Shown here: in pieces, positions 58,101 to 64,000 of the stretch | How the letters are laid out: the number at the start of each line of letters is the position of its first letter | Numbering within the stretch: the stretch's first letter is position 1 | Notes under the pieces: model-generated | Database searches by the model: none | Told to the model about the DNA's origin: nothing | Seen by the model: only the letters and a program-made list of their open reading frames with translations | Made by a program: the position numbers and the translations under genes | NCBI GenBank assembly: GCA_040377305.1 | Contig: JBEIPA010000011.1 | Coordinates: forward strand, 96,001-160,000 | DNA: 64,000 nt | DNA from: Flavobacteriales bacterium | GTDB lineage: Bacteria; Bacteroidota; Bacteroidia; Palsa-965 | Direction of reading: 5' to 3'

Positions 58101-59264
58101 GCGGCAACTATTCAGAACAAGATTGAAAACATCGCCAATGTAAATGTGGTATTCACAAATGATCGCACAAAATGGACACGTTGTCCGGTGCTTGAAGTTG
58201 GTCCAACGCATATACTCAATCAAGGTCAGCGTGAGCCATGGCATTTGCGCGATCATCCTTCTGTTGATCAATACGGTCGCGCGGGTGATGGTGTTGTGAC
58301 CAATGATCCATCTGATGCAGATTACATTGCTGCAAACGGAATGGGATGGTTCCCGGGTTATGCAGTCAATCTCGAAACCGGTGAACGCCTGAACATGGCT
58401 TTCGGGGAGAACTCTGCGCTTGCGGCGGACAATGGCCGTGATATGTTGTTCAATCCGAATGGGCGTGAACAAGTCAACGGCAATACGATCTGGGGTGGAA
58501 TGCACTTTGTATACATTTTCGGTCACAACGGAAACGTAAAGTACTCCAGCACCGGCACAGTGTTGCCCGGAGAACTCAAGGACATACCTGCGTATGATTG
58601 CGGTTCAGCTGCGTACAAGATTCTCAACTATGATGCAACAGCTAATCCCGAATTGCGGGAAGTATATGCTGACATCATGTGGACGAGCATTCCTGTACTG
58701 GACAGCGAATTCGAAACCTGGACGTGGGGTAACAACTACCAATCCCCTGATGTGGTTCCGACAACAACGAAAGTTCGCTTGCGTGTTGCGAAACCGTACA
58801 AGCGTTACTTCAACGGAATCACAACAGCTGCCGGCGTTATGATGACTGATAGCGCGCAGGTTGTACAGAACAGGAATAATCCGATGTATGCCTTCAACAC
58901 GGCAGATCTTAAGACAACAACCAGTGATGCTGTGTCGGCACAAGAAGCACTCGAACTGATCAACGTTGTTCCAAATCCGTACTACGCTTATTCCGGATAT
59001 GAGAAAAATCAATTCGACAATCGCATCAAGTTCACGAACCTTCCGGTGAAATGTGAGATTAAAATTTACACCGTGAATGGTACGCTCGTGAGAAAGATGA
59101 CAAAGGACTCGCCTCAGACGTATCTCGATTGGGACTTAAAAAATCAGGCAGGAATTCCTGTTGCTAGCGGACTTTACATCATTCATGTTGATGTTCCGGG
59201 TGTTGGAGAGAAAATCCTCAAGTGGTTTGGTGTAATGCGTCCGGTTGACCTCGATTCGTACTAG
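55161..59264 (+). CDS. Large T9SS-type secreted protein of unknown function
   Basis: Signal peptide, LDVNNVR..GGDMWWD, DGVDNDRDGQLDE Ca-type loop, C-terminal VVPNPY...NLP...IYT..G.LV...DWDLKN...SGLYIIHV. Confidence 0.85.
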   Translation: MKNIRKISLPAIAILALLGTADARENVNPNGNRNSNGNRYQSGEDVLATCTPASAKTDLDVNNVRTTIMTGGDMWWDLTTARYEIPKGSGKHSIYAGALWIGGLDAGGSLRVAAMTYRQTGNDFWPGPLDLNDASVDQSVCNEFDKHWKISRKEVEDFVAWQLDPPAYPNYTVPLSIQNWPGNGAPGQDQYLAPFHDEQGDGIYNYMDGDYPGFDLDGTGSCDHNQLFGDQVLWWVFNDRGNIHSESGATAIGLEIHAQAFGFETNDEINNMTFYSYKIINRSTTQLDQTYFGQWTDADLGYAFDDYVGCDVGRGLGYTYNGNANDGGSAQPGPDSYGANPPAIGMDFFEGPIADSADGVDNDRDGQLDEAGEQIIMSKFIYYNNDGSVTGNPDNATHFYNYLSGFWKDGSPLTYGDDAYGGTVPCDFMFPGDSDPLGIGAGGPQPAWDEVTEANGVGDRRMLQSAGPFTLKPGAVNYVTVGAVWARANSGGPTASVDLMRTTDDKAQRLFDNCFRTLDGPTAPDLTIQELDKEVIVYITNPATSNNYLERYEGVDPSIVYNTYHPALANIDLTYNFEGYQLFQLKDITVTTADLYNPDKARMIAQCDIQNGVAQLVNSDFDVELNADVPNDMTLDAADDGIVHSFSVKTDAFATGDNRLINHKTYYYTIVAYAYNRYLTYDDVTFDANSPLTPSNIGQKKPYLAGRKNVITYTAIPHITSPEAYGTDQTSNYGSGPKLTRIEGCGNGTNILELTQASEDAIVAATSVNNGGTARHDHIQYEGGYGPVNIKVIDPLNVPVGDFTIQMVDNPYSSITASATATWILNQLSGPGAPRAWTSDTTINFKSVYANEQIIPEIGMSVQWSQTQNPGLGNNPDRNGYLASSMTFDDPTKDFLTGIVDDESNTEYNWIRGGSQDGTGICIDEFDDRFYTGNALDPEGDFEKLVDSRWAPYRLAAYNPSPGQATICYPVGPAWQPTAPAATIQNKIENIANVNVVFTNDRTKWTRCPVLEVGPTHILNQGQREPWHLRDHPSVDQYGRAGDGVVTNDPSDADYIAANGMGWFPGYAVNLETGERLNMAFGENSALAADNGRDMLFNPNGREQVNGNTIWGGMHFVYIFGHNGNVKYSSTGTVLPGELKDIPAYDCGSAAYKILNYDATANPELREVYADIMWTSIPVLDSEFETWTWGNNYQSPDVVPTTTKVRLRVAKPYKRYFNGITTAAGVMMTDSAQVVQNRNNPMYAFNTADLKTTTSDAVSAQEALELINVVPNPYYAYSGYEKNQFDNRIKFTNLPVKCEIKIYTVNGTLVRKMTKDSPQTYLDWDLKNQAGIPVASGLYIIHVDVPGVGEKILKWFGVMRPVDLDSY

Positions 59265-59267
59265 TCG

Positions 59268-59351
59268 TCAACCCTCGGTACAGCTAAAATTGTGGCTGAC
59301 CAATACAAGTGGCGCTTACTCGGTCTGACAACTAGTTTGTCAGGCCGAGTA
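59268..59351. repeat. REP-like element (TTGTCAGACCGAG family)
   Basis: TACTCGGTCTGACAA-CTAGT-TTGTCAGGCCGAGTA palindrome 59317-59351. Confidence 0.75.
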
Positions 59352-59490
59352 GCCATTTAACACTGCGGAGCAGGTTGGCCGACATTTAAGGCGTACCGAG
59401 GAATGACAGATGACAAATCCCTGTCCGAACTGATCTTTATCAGGGCGGATCATTTTTGGATTCCATCATTGCTGCGTAATTTTGCGCCCG

Positions 59491-60540
59491 ATGGCTTTGC
59501 ACAACCGCGTGAACCGTGATGAGATGAGAAAACGTTTGATGGAGGAATCTTTCCATCGGGTAACGCTTTCCTTTTATCGTTACGTGATCATTGATAATCC
59601 CCACGAGCTGCGAGACACGCTCTGGCGTGAATGGAACGCGCTTCAGGTATTCGGTCGCATTTATATTGCACAGGAAGGAATTAATGCCCAATTGAGTGTG
59701 CCGGAACATTACTTCCAGGAGTTTCGTCACAAGCTTGATACGCATCCGGAATTCAAGGATGTTCCGTTCAAGATTGCAGTAGAAGATGATGGGAAATCCT
59801 TTTTCCGTCTGACGATAAAAGTGCGGGAAAAAATAGTTGCCGACGGATTAGCAGCAGATGCGTTTGATGTAACGAACGTTGGCAATCACCTCACCGCAAT
59901 CGAGTTTAACGATGCGATGGAGAAGGATGGGACGATTGTGGTCGACATGCGTAATCACTACGAAAGCGAAGTCGGACACTTTCAGAATGCACTTCTTCCA
60001 CAGAGTGAGTCGTTTCGCGAAGAGTTGCCACTTGTACTCGATCAGCTGAAGGGCAAAGAGGATCAGAAAATATTAATGTATTGCACAGGAGGAATCCGTT
60101 GTGAGAAAGCGAGTGCTTATCTCAAGCACCACGGTTTCAAAGACGTGAATCAATTGTACGGTGGAATTATCGAGTACGCGCGACAAATCAAACAACAGGA
60201 ACTTCCATCGAAGTTTATCGGAAAGAATTTTGTGTTCGATGAACGTCTCGGCGAAAGAATTACCGATGATGTAATTGCACATTGTCACCAGTGCGGTAAG
60301 AAATGCGATCACCAGATCAACTGCGGAAATACCGATTGTCACGTACTTTTCATACAGTGCGACGGTTGTAAAAGTGTTTACGGAGAATTCTGTTCACATG
60401 AATGTCATGCGTATGCAGATTTACCTGCGGAGACACGTGCGCAGTTGCGTAAAGACGGCAAAGCCATAAGAGGCGGAAGCAGTTACGGTGGCGCGCATTT
60501 TTCGAAATCGATTGCAGCGAAGGCGCCTAAAAAGGGATGA
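59491..60540 (+). CDS. trhO: Rhodanese-related tRNA uridine hydroxylase (UPF0176/TrhO family)
   Basis: [49 protein letters not shown], Cys-rich tail. Confidence 0.88.
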   Translation: MALHNRVNRDEMRKRLMEESFHRVTLSFYRYVIIDNPHELRDTLWREWNALQVFGRIYIAQEGINAQLSVPEHYFQEFRHKLDTHPEFKDVPFKIAVEDDGKSFFRLTIKVREKIVADGLAADAFDVTNVGNHLTAIEFNDAMEKDGTIVVDMRNHYESEVGHFQNALLPQSESFREELPLVLDQLKGKEDQKILMYCTGGIRCEKASAYLKHHGFKDVNQLYGGIIEYARQIKQQELPSKFIGKNFVFDERLGERITDDVIAHCHQCGKKCDHQINCGNTDCHVLFIQCDGCKSVYGEFCSHECHAYADLPAETRAQLRKDGKAIRGGSSYGGAHFSKSIAAKAPKKG

Positions 60541-60620
60541 GGAATGTGGCACGGGGGATGCGGGTTGAGATGACCTGGATTTCCACTGTTACATTACCTC
60601 ATTCCTCATTCCTCATTCCG
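60537..60620. repeat. Inverted heptamer array
   Basis: ATGAGGAATG... mirrored by (CATTCCT)n. Confidence 0.65.
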
Positions 60621-60685
60621 GATTGACAATTGTCATTTTCCACCTGAACACATTCCGTAACTTTATTCTTCAAATTTCACGAGCT

Positions 60686-61843
60686 ATGCCTCTTTATCAC
60701 AAACTTGGAACCTTCCCTCAGAAACGTCACACGATTTTTCAGAGTCCGAAAGGGAACCACTATTATGAACAGCTTTTCGGCACGGAAGGATTCAACGGAT
60801 ATTCTTCACTGCTTTATCACACACATCGTCCAACGCAGATCAAAGAAATTCTGAAGTCGGTTGATGTGACTCCGAAAATTGCAATTCCGAAAAACATCAA
60901 ACCACTTTTGCTGAAAGGTTTCCAGGTGAAACCAACAGCAGATTTTCTCGACAGCAGAAAAACCATGTTGCTGAATGGCGATTGTTCGATGGGCCTCGCT
61001 GCTCCGCAAAAGAGCATGACGGATTATTTCTACAAGAACGCAGACGCAGACGAAGTGATTTTCATTCACAAAGGAAAAGGCAAGTTGCGCACGTTCATGG
61101 GGAATATTCCATTTGAGTATGGCGACTATCTCGTAATTCCGCGGGGGATGATTTATCAGATGGAATTCGAAACAACGGAGAACAGAATTTTCTTCGTAGA
61201 AAGCTTTCATCCGATTTACACACCGAAACGATATAAAAATTCCGGCGGACAGCATCTCGAACATTCTCCGTTCTGTGAGCGTGATTTCAAAATGCCTACT
61301 GAGCTTGAAACTTATGATCAGAAAGGCGATTTCCTGGTGAAGGTGAAAAAGGAAAATGTACTTCACGATATTGTGTATGCAACGCACCCATTTGATGTTG
61401 TGGGTTGGGACGGATATAATTTTCCATGGGCATTTTCTATTCACAACTTCGAGCCGATCACAGGTCGTGTTCACCAACCACCTCCGGTTCACCAGACATT
61501 TGAAACAAGTGCATTCGTAATCTGCAGTTTCTGTCCGCGTTTGTACGATTATCACCCGAAAGCAATTCCCGCACCGTACAATCACAGCAACATCGATTCA
61601 GATGAAGTGTTGTATTACGTTGACGGGGATTTTATGAGCCGCAACAACATCGAACAAGGGCACATCACACTTCACCCGAAAGGAATTCCGCACGGACCAG
61701 CGCCCGGAGCAATGGAACGCTCTATTGGTCAGAAAGAGACTGCCGAATTAGCGGTAATGGTGGATACTTTCCGTCCCTTGCAGGTTACCGAAGAAGCGAT
61801 GGGAATTGATGATGGGGTGTACTATAAATCGTGGGTGGAGTAA
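60686..61843 (+). CDS. hmgA: Homogentisate 1,2-dioxygenase
   Basis: EGF.G.SSLLYH, KNADADE, HPFDVVGWDG, HQPPPVHQTF, PYNHSNIDSDE, HGP, AVMVDTF; next to hppD. Confidence 0.93.
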   Translation: MPLYHKLGTFPQKRHTIFQSPKGNHYYEQLFGTEGFNGYSSLLYHTHRPTQIKEILKSVDVTPKIAIPKNIKPLLLKGFQVKPTADFLDSRKTMLLNGDCSMGLAAPQKSMTDYFYKNADADEVIFIHKGKGKLRTFMGNIPFEYGDYLVIPRGMIYQMEFETTENRIFFVESFHPIYTPKRYKNSGGQHLEHSPFCERDFKMPTELETYDQKGDFLVKVKKENVLHDIVYATHPFDVVGWDGYNFPWAFSIHNFEPITGRVHQPPPVHQTFETSAFVICSFCPRLYDYHPKAIPAPYNHSNIDSDEVLYYVDGDFMSRNNIEQGHITLHPKGIPHGPAPGAMERSIGQKETAELAVMVDTFRPLQVTEEAMGIDDGVYYKSWVE

Positions 61844-61848
61844 CTCCT

Positions 61849-61904
61849 CTCGGTCTGACAAGCGATCTAGCCACAATATTTGTCAAACTGAGCGTAGCCG
61901 AAGG
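61849..61904. repeat. REP-like element (TTGTCAGACCGAG family)
   Basis: CTCGGTCTGACAA ... TTGTCAAACTGAGCGTAGCCGAAGG. Confidence 0.65.
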
Positions 61905-62043
61905 TTGGCAAATGGCACATTGATTCGTAAATTTGGCTATGATTAAGGCATTGCTTGCTGCGCATTCCCGCGCGATGTGGTCGTAAGTTGTTTCCATTCT
62001 GAAATAGTTCACGACATTTTTTCACACATTAAAATTCATTACA

Positions 62044-63204
62044 ATGGCTAAAGAAGTTAAAAACGTTGAATACGGTCTCGAAAAGATTTTCGAAGGAGCA
62101 CAGGATTTTCTTCCCTTGCTCGGAACCGATTATGTAGAATTTTATGTAGGCAATGCGAAGCAAGCCGCTCACTTTTACAAAACAGCTTTCGGATTTCAGT
62201 CGTACGCGTACGCTGGATTAGAAACCGGATTGAAAGACCGCACATCGTATGTAATTGCGCAGGATAAAATTCGCATTGTGTTAACCACGGCGCTAACGAG
62301 TGACAATCCGATTGGCGAACACGTGAAGAAGCATGGTGATGGTGTGAAGGTAATTGCGTTGTGGGTTGAAGATGCGCGCAGTGCGTTTGAGGAAACAACC
62401 AAGCGTGGCGCGAAAGTGTACATGGAGCCTGTGATAGAGAAAGACGAACATGGTGAAACAGTTCGGGCAGGAATCTACACGTATGGTGAAACTGTGCACA
62501 TGTTTGTAGAGCGTAAAAACTACAAAGGAAAATTTCTACCCGGATTTGTTGAGTGGAAATCAGATTACAATCCGGCTCCGGTTGGATTGAAGTTCATCGA
62601 TCACATGGTTGGCAATGTGGGCTGGGGAGAAATGAACACCTGGGTTAAATGGTACGAAGAAGTGATGGGATTTGTGAACTTCCTTTCATTCGACGATAAG
62701 CAAATCACCACGGAATATTCTGCGTTGATGTCGAAAGTGATGTCGAACGGAAACGGTCGCATTAAGTTTCCGATTAACGAGCCTGCAAAAGGAAAAAAGA
62801 AATCGCAGATTGAAGAGTACATCGATTTCTATGAAGGTCCCGGCGCACAACACATCGCGATTGCGACAGACGACATCATCAAGACGGTTACCGAGTTGCG
62901 CGCACGCGGAGTTGAATTTTTGTCTGCTCCACCTGCAGCGTATTACGAAGACATTCCAAATCGTCTCGGAAAGCACATGGAAATGATGCACGAAGACATT
63001 TCCGTTCTTCAGAAGCTCGCTATTCTTGTTGACGCCGATGAAGAAGGATATCTCCTGCAGATTTTCACCAAACCGGTTGAAGATCGTCCGACATTGTTCT
63101 ATGAAATTATTCAGCGCATGGGAGCAAAAGGCTTTGGAGCGGGAAATTTCAAAGCGTTGTTTGAATCGATAGAACGTGAGCAAGCAAAGCGCGGAACGCT
63201 CTAA
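62044..63204 (+). CDS. hppD: 4-hydroxyphenylpyruvate dioxygenase
   Basis: HGDGV, IDHMVGNV, FPINEP, SQIEEY, QHIA, LLQIFT, EIIQR, GFGAGNFKALF. Confidence 0.96.
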   Translation: MAKEVKNVEYGLEKIFEGAQDFLPLLGTDYVEFYVGNAKQAAHFYKTAFGFQSYAYAGLETGLKDRTSYVIAQDKIRIVLTTALTSDNPIGEHVKKHGDGVKVIALWVEDARSAFEETTKRGAKVYMEPVIEKDEHGETVRAGIYTYGETVHMFVERKNYKGKFLPGFVEWKSDYNPAPVGLKFIDHMVGNVGWGEMNTWVKWYEEVMGFVNFLSFDDKQITTEYSALMSKVMSNGNGRIKFPINEPAKGKKKSQIEEYIDFYEGPGAQHIAIATDDIIKTVTELRARGVEFLSAPPAAYYEDIPNRLGKHMEMMHEDISVLQKLAILVDADEEGYLLQIFTKPVEDRPTLFYEIIQRMGAKGFGAGNFKALFESIEREQAKRGTL

Positions 63205-63341
63205 TAGGAATTGAGGAATTAGGGGATTGGGGAATTTGGGCAAGGCTTGAATTCCCTGATTTTTTTCTATGGGAATTGCAATCCTATTCTGCCCAAATTC
63301 CTTAATCCCCAATACCCTAATCCCTAATCCCTAATTCCTTA
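63205..63341. repeat. Inverted 7/8-mer array
   Basis: AGGAATTG/AGGAATTA/GGGGATTG/GGGAATTT mirrored by CCCAAATTCCTTAATCCCCAAT(CCCTAAT)n. Confidence 0.8.
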
Positions 63342-63351
63342 ATTTCACCCC

Positions 63352-63906
63352 ATGTCCCGCAAACGTATCGGCTTACTCATTGCAATTTTCCTCTTAGCAG
63401 GATTTCTCGTGTGGCTTGTTTTCTTTCGTCAGGATGGAATGAAAAATGTACGCGCTGATTCGGCAAGTGGAGCACACTATTCATTGGAAGTTCCGCCCGA
63501 TATGGAACCGACGTACTTCAACAACGACAATGCGGCGTTCCAGTTTACCTCTGAGAAGAGCGGTTATTCGATGATGGTCATCGACGATTCGAAAGAAAGA
63601 ATTGCATCGTTCGGACTTGATTATGATCTCGAAACGTACATGAAGATTGCAACGCGTACACTCGACAGCGCAGGACTGTATGTTAACTCCACCATTGATG
63701 TTAACGGAGGAAAAGCATTACAAGCAACTGTGCAGGGAAAGCGCGACGGTGTTGCCACGACGTTCATTTTAACATGCGTTGAAACTCAAGCGTTTTACTA
63801 TCAGCTCGTCTGCTGGTCGCCCAACGACAAATTTGAAGCGAATAAACCGACGCTCGAAGGCTTGATTAACTCCTTCAAGGAAGAAAATCCGCAGCCGGTC
63901 GAGTAA
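63352..63906 (+). CDS. Hypothetical membrane-anchored protein (possible PsbP-like fold)
   Basis: N-terminal TM helix; YSLEVP, VNG..ALQ, INSFKE pattern. Confidence 0.65.
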   Translation: MSRKRIGLLIAIFLLAGFLVWLVFFRQDGMKNVRADSASGAHYSLEVPPDMEPTYFNNDNAAFQFTSEKSGYSMMVIDDSKERIASFGLDYDLETYMKIATRTLDSAGLYVNSTIDVNGGKALQATVQGKRDGVATTFILTCVETQAFYYQLVCWSPNDKFEANKPTLEGLINSFKEENPQPVE

Positions 63907-64000
63907 TTCATACTGAATTTCACTTTTTGAGAGTGAGCACGTAAGAAGTCACTACTTCTTTGTGGATGAATTGGGTGTGCACATCCTGAAATTCGTAACT

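Noticed and set aside
60806-61585. Long shadow ORFs (also 1747-2316, 24700-25401, 26742-27464, 40108-40767, 47296-48048, 62686-63312)
   Set aside because: They overlap well-supported genes antisense or out of frame and have no recognisable motifs.
1-64000. CRISPR array, tRNA, rRNA, integrase or classical transposase
   Set aside because: No regularly spaced repeat-spacer series, RNA gene signature or such ORF was recognised by eye; the repeats are dispersed or short-period.

Overview
Bacteroidota chromosomal segment, judged from TAnnTTTG -7 promoter boxes, several T9SS C-terminal-domain proteins and Gln after signal peptides. Housekeeping genes (purD, purQ, nadD, gmk, yicC, polA, cysS, msrB, trhO-like) and amino-acid catabolism genes (kynA, hmgA, hppD, threonine dehydrogenase, cystathionine synthase/lyase) are mixed with many secreted or lipoprotein unknowns. 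I saw no rRNA, tRNA, CRISPR array, integrase or classical transposase. The intergenic DNA is unusually structured. (1) A lone GxxExxY (PD-(D/E)XK-fold) gene is enclosed by 35-bp inverted repeats, and gene-less relatives of those repeats occur at three other sites, a RAYT/REPIN-like layout with a different enzyme. (2) About ten spacers hold inverted arrays of 6-8-mer tandem repeats, often abutting -7 promoter boxes. (3) At least three other REP-like families are present, one inside a 46-bp duplication of an ECF sigma 3' end. Other highlights: four small secreted MKT- peptides with sigma54/ECF-type promoters, a five-repeat anti-sigma candidate, a secreted MORN-variant trio, a T9SS cyclophilin, a dockerin+cohesin T9SS protein and a structured UCCCC-loop leader. 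All family calls are motif recognition by eye, not database searches.
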